From Malassezia furfur (lineage: Eukaryota), in the NCBI GenBank assembly GCA_052055015.1, contig JBQJIT010000073.1: a stretch of DNA of 35,541 nucleotides, one strand, 5' to 3'. Positions 20,926 to 31,700 of the stretch are shown one piece after another. The notes under the pieces were generated by a model. That model was not told where the DNA came from. It saw only the letters and a program-made list of their open reading frames with translations, and searched no databases. The translations under genes were made by a program, and so were the position numbers. Numbering within the stretch: the first letter of the stretch is position 1; each line of letters starts with the position of its first letter.

Positions 20926-23900
20926 CTATGGCGGGGTGTCCCAAGCACGGTCTTGGGCGTACTGGTCCAGGATCTGCACGATGCCGGTGGTCAGCGCCTC
21001 GAATTCCTCGATCTCGCGCTTCGACAGGCTGCGGTCAACGGGTTGTTTGTTTTGCAGGAGCTGGTCGAGGTTGTCCTCGCCGTCCTCGTCGTCCGAGTTC
21101 CACGAGTCAAGCGTGGTATTGGCCGCGAGTAGCAGCTCGCTGCCGGGCTTGTTGTCCACGCGAGCCTCGGCTTCGGCTTGGTCGCGCTGCTGCGCCTGCG
21201 GAGGGCGGCGCTTGCCGATACCCTCGAGCACGCGCAGCATGCACGCGTCCATCACTGCCTTGAGCCGCTCGAGCGTGTCCAGCGCGTCGTAGCTGCCCGA
21301 CACGGGCAGCCAGTTGTCGCACTCGAGGCCGTGGCCAAGTGCGCGCGCCTCGGTTGCGCCAAACAGGATGTAGTTCAGCAGGTCAAGGCGGGTGCACCCG
21401 CGCAAAAAGGTCATCGCGTTGCCGCTCGACCCGCTTGTAATGGTCGAGGTGTTGCGTACTTTTTCGGCGAACGCAAAGAGCTCCTTCTCGGCGCCCACCG
21501 ACACCTCGGGCTTGTCCTTGGTGAACTTGGCATGGCACACGCTCGAAGGGTGCACGAAGCACGACTTGTCCTGCGAAGTGCGGTACGACTTTTCGCCGGC
21601 CTTGATGGCAAAGTTGGGCGAGTTGGCCACGGCGATTAGCGACACCAGCAGCGGAAGACTGCGTGCATTGATGTTGAATTCGGGGTCCGTCTCGCGAACG
21701 CGCCGGCGGTACTTGGGCGTCATGGAGGTCGAGTTGCGGATCACCTGGATGATTTGGGCCTTGTCCAGACTCTGGAACAGGTTCTGCTTCACTTGCAGAA
21801 TCTGCATCATCGTCGGACGGCTCAGCATGTTGGTCGTCAAAAAGCGATTGGCTTGTGAGGAACTGATGGATTGCAAGCGCGTCCATTCCGTAAACGCGTT
21901 CAGTACACAGATGGGGTCGGAACGGAACATGGGGGGGCAGAAGCTGTCTTTGATCTCGTTCGCCTCTTTCTTCAGGTGGATCGGCGCCATAAACGGGTCG
22001 CGATTCGTGAGGATCGCCGCGAGCGTCAGCACCGGGTCGAGACACCGGAAGAAGGCGCCGTACAGGCACATTTTGCCGATCGACACGTCCAGCGGCAACT
22101 GCAGCAGCACCTTGCCGAGGGACGTGAGGTTCTGGTGGTAGTCCAGCGCGCCGATCCGCTCCAGATCCTGCATTGCCGCCCGCACACGCTCGACGGCTGG
22201 CGGCTCAATCGCGGCGCCGAGTACGTCCTCGACGCTCATGCCGGGGATGTCAAGCGCCTTGATGTGCATCACGACGTTGCTCAGATCGACGCGCTTCATC
22301 TCCACCGTCTGGTTTACGGCGAGTGCGTCGTACCGCGCACGCGACAGCACACCAAAGTACTGCCCCGGACGGTGACGGCCCGCACGGCCCGCACGCTGGT
22401 TCAAGTTCGAGGTGCCCACCCATGCGGACACGAGACTCGACAAGCGGCGCTCGGGGTCGTAGCGCTTCTCCTTGACGCGGCCCGAGTCGATGACGTACAC
22501 CACATCAGGGATTGTGATGGACGTCTCGGCAATATTGGTCGCCAGGATGATGCGGCGGATGTTTTCGTGACGAACAGGCTCAAAAACGGCCTGTTGGTCC
22601 TGGACGGGGACGGAGGAATGCAGGACATGAATCTCGTATAGGTTGGTGTCGTTCAAGGGCAGGCCCAGCAACGGCTGGGCCGACGTGTTGAGCAGGATCT
22701 GGTGCACCGCCTTGATCTCGTCCCATCCTGGCAAGAAGACCAGAACGTGGCCGTCGTCGGAGCGTGTCAGCACGTCGGCGATCATGAGAGCAATCAGGGG
22801 GTACGGAAGCTCCAGGTCGTCGATCGCCGCCGAAGCGCCCGGCACCACACCTCCGCTCTGTGTAATCTCGCGGTGGATGTAGTCGCGCACGTTCTTTTCC
22901 TGCCACACCCAGCCGCCACGGTTGCGCGGTAGCTGCAGCGCCTGTAGGTGCGTGTACGTCTCGTCCAGATAGTTCTTCTCCACCGGGAAACTGCGCCCCG
23001 GGATGTCGACCACCGGCGCGGGGCGGCGGTTCGCCGAAAGCTCCGTAAAGTAGTTTTGGAACAGCGTCGGGTCCACCGTCGCGCTCATCAGCACCAGCTT
23101 GATTTCGGGCTTGCCCAGCCGCTGGCGCTCCGCCAGCAGACGCTTGATCACCACTAGCAACAAGTCGGTCTCAACGTCACGCTCGTGCACTTCGTCCATC
23201 ACCACGTGCGTGATGCTGTCCAGGAACGACTCCGTCTCAGTACCGGCCTGGCCATTCATGCTCTCGCCCAGCGCCGTCTGCAAGCGGCGCAAAAAGACAC
23301 CCGTCGTGCAGAAGGTAATGGAGCCGTTCGGCTGTGGCAGCTTGTGGTCAAAGCGTACCTGGTAGCCCACCGACTGACCCACCGTCTCCCCACGCTCCTT
23401 GGCAACGCGCTGCGCGACACTAATCGCCGCGATACGCCGCGGCTGTGTGCAAACAATGTTGCACCGTGAGCCTTGGCCTCGGAGAATGTAGTCGTCCAGC
23501 AGAATCTGAGGAACCTGGGTCGTCTTGCCCGAGCCAGTCGCGGCCATACACACCGTGACCTGGTTCAGCTCAATCTTGACCAACAGGTCACCCGACTTTT
23601 GCATCACCGGCAGCGAGTGCCGCTGGGCACGGATCGGCGCCACGCGGTCCTCCACCTGGTAGGCGTTCAGCGCCGCGAGCATCTTCGCCGATTTTTCTTC
23701 GTGCTGCTTCGCGCTGAGCTTAGGGAACGGACGGTACTCGCGGCGCGGCTCAGCGGCTTGCTCCGCAACATGGTACGCGGCCGTGGTGCGCGGACGCTTG
23801 GAGTACACCTCGGAGCGCCGCGCGGCGTCGTACAGGTTGCGCATTTGCTCCTCGAGCTCGTTCGAGATGTGGAAGGAAACGTGCGGGGCCCGGCCGATTG

Positions 23901-24788
23901 ACATGCCGGGCTTGTACGTCGCATCGAAACGCAGCCACGCCTCTCGATCATCCAGCTCCAGAATGCGTGCAGTATCAAGTAGAGCGGCGTTCTGCGCCAC
24001 CTTTTTGCTTGGCGCCGCGCCTCTGCCGACCTCGGTTCCACCCAGGGAGATAATGGCCTGCCAGCCCATCGATACGTTACGCCGGCCGCGCTTGTCACGC
24101 AGCTCATTCATAATCACCTCGGGCTTGCCAAAGTGGCCCACATGACACACATAGTCCAAAAACTCGCGCGCACGCTCCAACGAGATGGACGTCCCGTCGG
24201 AAAGCGCCACATTCAGCTCGCCACCCTTCTTGGACGCAACAGCGCCATGCAGGCCGGGCGGAGGGTGTTCGATAAAGTCGCGGTCAAGCAGCATCAGCAT
24301 GCCGTGCAGCGCCGCCGTCCACTCTGCCTCTTTTTGCGTTTTGCCGTCACCGATCGCGATGATGTTCAGCTCCTCGTCGAGGACGGCGGTGCAGCGCACG
24401 ATGGTATCGCGCTGCCCGGCAACATAGCCCTCAATCGATACAAACTTGGGAGGAACACCCATGCGCGATTGGGTGTACAGGCACAGGACGTTTTTCGGGT
24501 TATCAACCCATTGCGGCTTGGCACGGTCAAGCAGGTGCGCATAATGCATGCGGATCACATTCTGGAAGAAGAGAGGATGGGGGTGAGTGGGCAAGATTTT
24601 GGCAGGCGCCTTACTGCGGCCACTGGACAATCAGCGGGGAACACGTACTTCTTCTTGCCTCCACGTTTCGAGGACGACTTCCCCCCCTTACCTAGGCCGC
24701 CACCGCTGCCGCCACTGCTCCAGCGCGTGCCACCCGCCTTGGGGGCGTTGCCCGCTGGACGAGCACGCCAGTCAGCATTATCGGCCAT
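20926..24788 (-). CDS. DEAH/RHA-family RNA helicase with N-terminal dsRBD-like domains (DHX30/DHX36/DHX57-like)
   Basis: [46 protein letters not shown] and QRAGRAGR motifs; dsRBD-like G.GKTQKEAE..AA and GAAPSKKVAQNAA. Intron 24623-24648. Confidence 0.9.
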
Positions 24789-24900
24789 GGTAGGGAGAGA
24801 AGAAAAAGAAAAAATGCTCCTAGGAAGGAGGCGTCGCGATGAAAGAAAAAACGCTCGGTTCGATCGTACGGGGAATTCAGTCAGATAGAAGATTGCCAGA

Positions 24901-25144
24901 GAGGCCTTAGCCATACACTGGGCTTAGGGTCTCGGTAAAAAAGGGATTACCAGGTGTGGATCAATGTCAGGCCCCAGCACCAAGATGGACGAATTCTTCC
25001 AGCTTCTGAGGAAGGTTTCGCTTTCTTTAGTCGCTTCCTCTGAATTATCTCGCGTGGCGCAGTCAGTGCTGAGGGTGTCCCCCTCTCCGCATGCCCAGAT
25101 GTTGCCTGGGGTCCCTGGAGCGAATCACAGGGCCGATCCACACC
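24901..25144. ncRNA. Candidate unidentified structured RNA element between ATE1 and the helicase
   Basis: Perfect 10-bp closing inverted repeat (24953-24962 / 25135-25144) enclosing about seven further helices, plus a separate hairpin at 24901-24933. I could not assign it to a family. Confidence 0.45.
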
Positions 25145-25151
25145 GAAAGTG

Positions 25152-26594
25152 TTATTTTAAGATTGCTAAGCACGTGCTCTGTACTAGAAATTTTTCTAAA
25201 GGACGGCGATATCTTTGGCCAAATCGCCTAACGCGGCACAACATGCTAAAATCGGGCCACGTGCTTGGGCAGGGACCTGACGGAGAATCTGGCGTAAGAG
25301 CTCGATCGTCGCGGAGACGTACCGCAAGGGGTTGGAGTGTCGGACGCCCTGCGGCCATAGCAAAAATTTTGAACTCATTCTCATGCTGCATGACTTGATC
25401 AGGGTCTTCCATACCGGGAGGAAGTGGGCGAGGTAGCTCGCCATCCTCAATCGTGACCGGCAGTAGAACAGGGGGAGGCGCAGCGCCATGGAAACTGTGC
25501 CGGTAACCGAGGTCCAACTGCTCCACAATGTCGCTGTAGGCAACCCACGCATTGTTGGTGGTATCCAGAATCTCGCTCGGCATATAGGTCGCTTTGTAGC
25601 GCATTTTGGTGCACGTGTGAATATAGTAGCCTTGGTGAGCGACTCAAACATACCCATATAATACCATTGCACAGATGAATGCGCATCACGGTGCAGGCGT
25701 TTTGCAAGGGCAATCTCGTTCAGTGCACTAATTTTTCCAAGCTCCCAGTGTTTAAACTGGGGATCGTAGAAAAGGTAGACGCTGCTGACGCAGCTGGGCA
25801 ACAGGTCCAGGACGCCCACAGCAATGAGCTTGCCACGATCTGGGTCAGTCGACAGGGGCGTACATCGGTACTCTTGGTGAAATGTGCCAAAATTAAGATG
25901 ATCGTCGCCCGCCTCAATTTTCTGTGGTCAGTATGCGACGTACGGGAAATGGGGAGTCGACCAGGAATTGCTCCCAGCCGCTGCGCGAACTGATTTCTGC
26001 CTCGGGTTCGCGGTGCACATGCGCCTGGTATTTTCGGAACAAGGCATATTTTTCGTCCGTGCTGCTCGCAGGGAGGAGCTGAACCTGGATGCGCTCAGCA
26101 AGCGTCTCGTTATAAGGTTGCTCCGCGTAGGGCTTCGCACTGCCGTCCTGTTCGAGGACCAAGGCGAGCCGCTCTTCCAAGTCCCAGGGATGGTCGGATG
26201 CCCATTTTCCTTTCCAGTTGGTTGGCTTGGATCTGGGGGACAGGTCCCAGTACAAATTGTTGAGCGTCCGCTTTTGCTTCCGTGTCGGCGTAAACTGCGC
26301 GTGGCTCACGCTAGGTTAGCACAGCACGTACCGGATGGGATGGTGAGCGCAGCAGGTCCTTGAGTTATCTGGCTTGTACAAAATAGTGCCAGACCGTCGC
26401 CAGCCACGGTCGATGAGCGCCTGGTATGTCGCGGGCGTCAAACGCAACCCCTGCATAAGCGCGTGGCATACCCATGCAAAATACGAGTAACTCGAATTCT
26501 TCCGCGACTTTTTATCACCCTGCTCTGCACAGTAGCCACACGAGGACTTTTCGTAGCCGACCGGCTGAACGATACTAAGCTCGTCTGCGCGCAT
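25152..26594 (-). CDS. ATE1: Arginyl-tRNA--protein transferase Ate1
   Basis: CGYC, YQALIDRGWRRSG, YKPDNSRTCC, FGTFHQEYR..KLIAVGVLDLLP..VSSVYLFYDP and YYMGYYIHTCTKMRYK. Introns 26451-26471, 26311-26331, 25922-25943, 25840-25863 and 25631-25653. Confidence 0.95.
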
Positions 26595-26660
26595 TTTGCC
26601 GCGGCGTCAACGATGGTCGCCAGCGGTACGCGCACGGTCGTTGGACTCCACCTCCACTCT

Positions 26661-28745
26661 ATGTCCAGCAGCGGCGTGCCGCGGCGGGGCCGCTGGGCAG
26701 CGACGCGCCGTCGTGCATCGCAGTCCAAGTCGGCAGCCCCCACGTCCAAACTGCACCAGAGTGTCCTCTCAAACGATGCGCTCGAGACGCGCATCCAGAA
26801 CGAGATGTCGCCGTTCCCACCGACGTTTACCGAGAACGTGTCACGACGCGACGTGCCTCGCCCTGTGGAGGAGGGCCTGCCGAGCCTGCGCGACGTGGCC
26901 CTGCGCATTGCAGGGCAGCATTTCTCGACGCATATTTTGCCGACACCCGAGGTGTTTGAGCGCTTGCAGGGAACCTTGCGAAGCGCGCCGAAGACGACGC
27001 GCAAGCGGCGGAAAATGGACGACGATTATACCCCCGAAGACGACGAGGAGCAAGAGCGGCCAGACGCGCGCCCACCGAGCGTCACGATGACGTACACACA
27101 GGCACTCTATTGGAGCGAGACTAACCGCGATCTGCTCAAGCATCTTCCGCCTGTCCAGGTCGATGCTCTCTTCGATGCCATCTGCCTGTACTCACCCTGG
27201 TCGCTGACAAAGGAGGTGTTCTCGACCTATTTCCTCCCGCACGTCGCCCCAGAAAAGACACGGCTCGGAGGCGTGCAGGGCGAGGTACCGCCACTGCCTC
27301 TGGATGCGCGTGTGCGCACGCGCATTTTTTTCCCTGCCTCGCTGCCGCTGTTTTCGCAAGACCACAAAACGGCCTCACTGCTGCTTTCCGTGCTAGCAGG
27401 CGCGTTGGCCCTGTCGCCCAGTGCCGCGCGCCTGACGTCAGTCATCCGCGACCTTGATCTGCATGGACTCACGCGGCTCCAAAATGCATCGCTGGTGCGC
27501 TTGCTCCGTGCGCCGCCAAGCGCACCCAACGCGCAGCCCACGCCGTGGCACCTCCGGCATGTGGCCCTGCCCGGCTGCACGGCGATCGGCGACGCGGCCA
27601 TCACGGCACTTGTACGTGCCACGGGCGCAACGCTCGAGGAGCTCGACCTGGCCATGACGTCGGTGAGCACGTCGTCCGTACGCGAGATCGGCGCTGCCTG
27701 CCCTCACCTACGCTCATTGCGCGTCGCCTGGTGCGAGAATTTCGCCGAGGATACTTTTTCCGAGGCGGTGAGTGTCGCGGTGGCCCAATGCGCCAATGCC
27801 AAACCGCCGCGCATTCCGTTCCAGCAACTCGTCACGGTCGATGTGTCGCACACCTCGGTCGGCGACTTGGCAATAGGCGGCCTGCTCCGACTGTGTGGGT
27901 CACAGCTGCGCTCGCTCGATGTGGGGTACACCAACGTCGGGGGTGGGGGCAGCCTGGACATGCTGCGCCTCGGGCTCGGCCTGCCCAACACAAGCGCTGC
28001 GCATCCGTCGCCGCTCGGACACCTCGGCCTGGGCGGACTATGTGTGCACAGTGCGTCGCTGCTCGACCTCGTCGAGCACCTTCTTTCCGAGCAAGGCTCG
28101 CTTACATCGCTAGACCTGGACGACCTCGTGGAATACGCGCGGCGGCACCAGTCCAACTTGCAAGGCCGCACCGGCGTGTCGGGCGCGACGCTCCATCGAC
28201 TCGCCGAGGCCATCGCAAACGCCGTACGCCGGCGGCAGGAACCTTTTACTCGGTTCTTGGCACGCGGTGACAAACGTCGTGCATCCGTTCCTGGGCACTG
28301 GGCTGTACCAGGCGCGGCGCGCAGTGCCACAACGCTTGGCGCCGCTACACTCGGCGCGACCGTCTTTCGCCTCCTGACCACTTGCCGCGTACGTACTGGG
28401 CTACTGACGCAGTTCCTTGCACTCAATGGGCTACAGCTCGATGCCTACGATCTTGATGAGCAGAGTGGCGCGCCCTCGACGGTGCATACGCTGCACCTGG
28501 GCGGCACGGGTCTGCGCGACGACGCGCTCGACGCGCTCGTCCCTTGGACCGGTGCGCTCGAATCGCTCTATTTGGATGATACCCTTGTAACGTGTACGTT
28601 GCTGTCTGCTGACCCAGCGTCGGCTCTAGACCGTCTTGTACACCACAATCCGTACCTGGTGCTCATCAGTCTGTCTCAGTGCCGCGGCATCCCCGTGCGC
28701 GAGCGGCGGAGCTATTTCCAGGCCTGTAGTGAACGTGCTGAATAA
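26661..28745 (+). CDS. RNI-like leucine-rich-repeat protein
   Basis: Repeated LxxLxLxx units (LRHVALPGC, LEELDLAMT, LRSLRVAWC, LRSLDVGYT) and an N-terminal LPSLRDVALR motif. Probable in-frame introns 28389-28412 and 28594-28617. Confidence 0.8.
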   Translation: MSSSGVPRRGRWAATRRRASQSKSAAPTSKLHQSVLSNDALETRIQNEMSPFPPTFTENVSRRDVPRPVEEGLPSLRDVALRIAGQHFSTHILPTPEVFERLQGTLRSAPKTTRKRRKMDDDYTPEDDEEQERPDARPPSVTMTYTQALYWSETNRDLLKHLPPVQVDALFDAICLYSPWSLTKEVFSTYFLPHVAPEKTRLGGVQGEVPPLPLDARVRTRIFFPASLPLFSQDHKTASLLLSVLAGALALSPSAARLTSVIRDLDLHGLTRLQNASLVRLLRAPPSAPNAQPTPWHLRHVALPGCTAIGDAAITALVRATGATLEELDLAMTSVSTSSVREIGAACPHLRSLRVAWCENFAEDTFSEAVSVAVAQCANAKPPRIPFQQLVTVDVSHTSVGDLAIGGLLRLCGSQLRSLDVGYTNVGGGGSLDMLRLGLGLPNTSAAHPSPLGHLGLGGLCVHSASLLDLVEHLLSEQGSLTSLDLDDLVEYARRHQSNLQGRTGVSGATLHRLAEAIANAVRRRQEPFTRFLARGDKRRASVPGHWAVPGAARSATTLGAATLGATVFRLLTTCRVRTGLLTQFLALNGLQLDAYDLDEQSGAPSTVHTLHLGGTGLRDDALDALVPWTGALESLYLDDTLVTCTLLSADPASALDRLVHHNPYLVLISLSQCRGIPVRERRSYFQACSERAE

Positions 28746-28779
28746 TGCGAATCCGCCTTTTTTTTGGCTCTCGACCGCG

Positions 28780-31700
28780 ATGCGTGCCGCGGGGGAGGTC
28801 GAGTACGAGTACCTCTCGTGCGCGGTGAATCGCACGACGCACGTCGCTGACTGGCTCACCATCTACGGTGATGAGCAACGTGTCGATGTTTACGTGTTTG
28901 GCGTGCACAAAGGCTTTGCGGCCGTCACTGCGCCCCAGGACCTGAACTCGTGTGCCGGGCACCGCGAGGGGTGGGGTGCGCCAGCCGACGTCTACGTGCT
29001 CAAGGCGGCACCCGCTCACGATACCCACACTGCACTTATTGTCGGACACTATAACGGTGCGCTTCATGTGTTCCAGCCAAGCCTCCGCAACGGTACGGTG
29101 GCCTGGGCGCACGATGTCCAGCTGCCCCAAGCGCACGCCTCCTCCGTCACGGCGCTCGGCGTACTGCGCGACCCAGCGTCCGTGGCGCGCGGCGCCGATC
29201 TTTTTGTGTCCGGGAGCACCGACGGCACGCTCAAGGTCTGGCACCTCGCCCGAGGGCCATGCCTGCAGGCGACGCTCGCGCAGGACATTCCGCTCGGCGG
29301 CAAGTATCCGCTGGACATTGCCCTCGCGCACCTGCCCGGTGCAGATGCGGAGCCCATCACGATCATGGCCGTCGCACTGACGGACAAAAAGGTGCACGTG
29401 TACGTGCGAGAAGCGGGCTCCTTCACGCTGCGGCTCGCGCTCGAAGGCCACGAGGATTGGGTACGTGCGCTCGACTTTGCCGTTGCGCCGCGCGGGCAGG
29501 TTGGCGTGCTGGACGTGCACTTGGCGTCTGCGTCACAGGACAACAACCTCCGCCTTTGGCGCATCCAGGCGGCGTCGGCAGCCGACGTGCCCGACCCCGA
29601 CACCACGGACGCATTCGAGGCCATGGCACGCGAACTGGTGCCAAGCACGGATCAGGCAATCAACACCAAGAAGAACTGGCTCACGTTCCACGACGGCCAG
29701 CGCTGGGCAATCTCGCTCGATGCGCTGCTCGTTGGCCACGACGCATGGGTCACGGGCGCGCGTTGGCTGCCGGCCCCACACGCCGACCGCCAGCAGGCCG
29801 CCCTGCTCTCGAGCTCGATGGACAATAGCATGATTGTCTGGTCGCCGCGGGAGCCGGGCACGTCGACGTATCCCCGCCTTGCCGACGACGCCGCGTCGCA
29901 GGCGCTGTGGCTGCCCGTCGCTCGTCTCGGCGACGTCGGCACGCTGAGCGGCGGCTTCCTCAGCGCGCTTTGGCACCCGGCCGGTAACGCAATTCTCACG
30001 CACGACCGCCACGGGGCGACGCATCTGTGGGCACAGCATGCAGCCACCGGGCGCTATACGCCGTGTGCGGTCGTGTCCGGCCACGCGGGAGCCGCGCGCG
30101 GCGTCGCGTGGGAACCGTACGGCGACTACTTCCTTTCCACTGGGTACGTGCACTACTAACGCAGCATCGACCGAACGACGCGTCTGCATGGTACCTACAG
30201 TACGCGCGGCGACGACGAGGACGCCGTGCCGCCCCGCTCGTGGCACGAGATGGCACGGCCACAGACGCACGGCTACGACCTGCAGGCGGTGGCATGGCTC
30301 GACCGCGCCACGTTTGTCAGCGCTGCAGACGAAAAGGTGATGCGCGTGTTTGGTGCGCCGCGCACCTTTGTCGAGAGCGCGCGCGCCCTGCACATGGTGC
30401 AGGCGCATGTGCACACGACGCAGGTCGTTGTGCACGACGCCATTGCACCGGATGCTTGGAAACACCCCATGCGACTGGACGGCGCGATTGAGGCAGCGCT
30501 GGCGGACGAACCCGCAGCGCTTGCTATTCTCGTGTTTAGCGACTCGCTCGCGGGCGAGACACCGGCCGTGCCGCTCCACGCGGTCGAGTACTTCCTGCAG
30601 CAGGTGTACACCAAGGCGTGGGGCATTGCGGCGCGCCGTGACCGTCTGCAGACGGACATTACCGTGTACCTGATTCCGCGTGCACTGACCAGTGCTGCAG
30701 GGCACACGGCGGCCCAACAGTGGTCCGACACGTACGGTCGCGCGGTCGCAGGCGTGTGGGCGGTCGGCGATGCAGCGCAAGTCGACTGGCTCGCAGCAGT
30801 GATGCGCGTGGTGCCTACGCCGGTGCCGGCGAGCGACTCGACGCCAGGTGAGGCCCACGGCGCATCGTTCCCCCGTGCCGCGACCGTGGCGCTGGGCGGG
30901 ACGTTTGACCACCTGCACATTGGGCACAAGCTGCTGCTTAGCATCGCCGCGCTGTGCACGACACAGCGCTTAATTGTCGGCGTGACGAGCACCGAACTGC
31001 TCGCAAAAAAGAAGCACCGGGCCTATGTCGAACCCATTGCCGTGCGTCTCGCGGCCGTGCGCCATTTCCTGCGCGCGTTCCGCCAGGCATTTGGCGCACT
31101 GGAGCTGGACGTGGTGCCGATCAGCGACGTGTGTGGCCCCGCAGCGACCGACCCATCGCTGGACCTGTTGGTGGTTACCGAGGAAACGGCCAAAGGTGCA
31201 GATACCATTGCCGAGGAGCGACGCAAAAATGAGGTGAAGGCCGTCGACGTGCACGTTGTGTCGCTGGTGGACGCGGCGGACCATTCGGACAAAGTGGGAA
31301 GCACAGCGATCCGTGGCTGGCTCGAGGCAAGGCAGATCCCGCCAGGACACGAAACGCCACTGGACGTCGACCTCGCTGCGGCGCTCGCTGCCGCGCCCGC
31401 GTCGGTCGACGTGCCGGCGCTCGGCCTGTCGAACCGCGCGGCGGATGCCGTTGAGGCGGACGCGGCGCCGGCATCGACGCCTGTGCTGACCACGCCGCCG
31501 AACCCTGAGCAGTTGCAAGCTGCGACGCTCTGGCTTGAGCTCGAGAAGCTGTACGGCCACGGCTACGAGCTTCTGAGTGTCGACGCTGACCCACGCACGC
31601 GGCTCATTGCGAGCACCTGCAAGGCGACGACGCCGGCGCATGCGGTGGTGCGCCTCTTTGACGGGCACGATCGGTACAAGCCGCTCGCAGAGGTCCTCGA

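Noticed and set aside
24841..25150. Assignment of the structured element to RNase P/MRP, SRP, U1-U6, U3 or an HDV-like ribozyme
   Set aside because: Only fragments of the motifs appear (e.g. GGGAATTCAG, GCGAAT), without the required order or partner regions.
24800..26600. Visibly lower GC around ATE1 as a centromere or horizontal-transfer signal
   Set aside because: The dip looks modest (not computed), the gene has host-type micro-introns, and there is no extended AT-rich gene-free tract.
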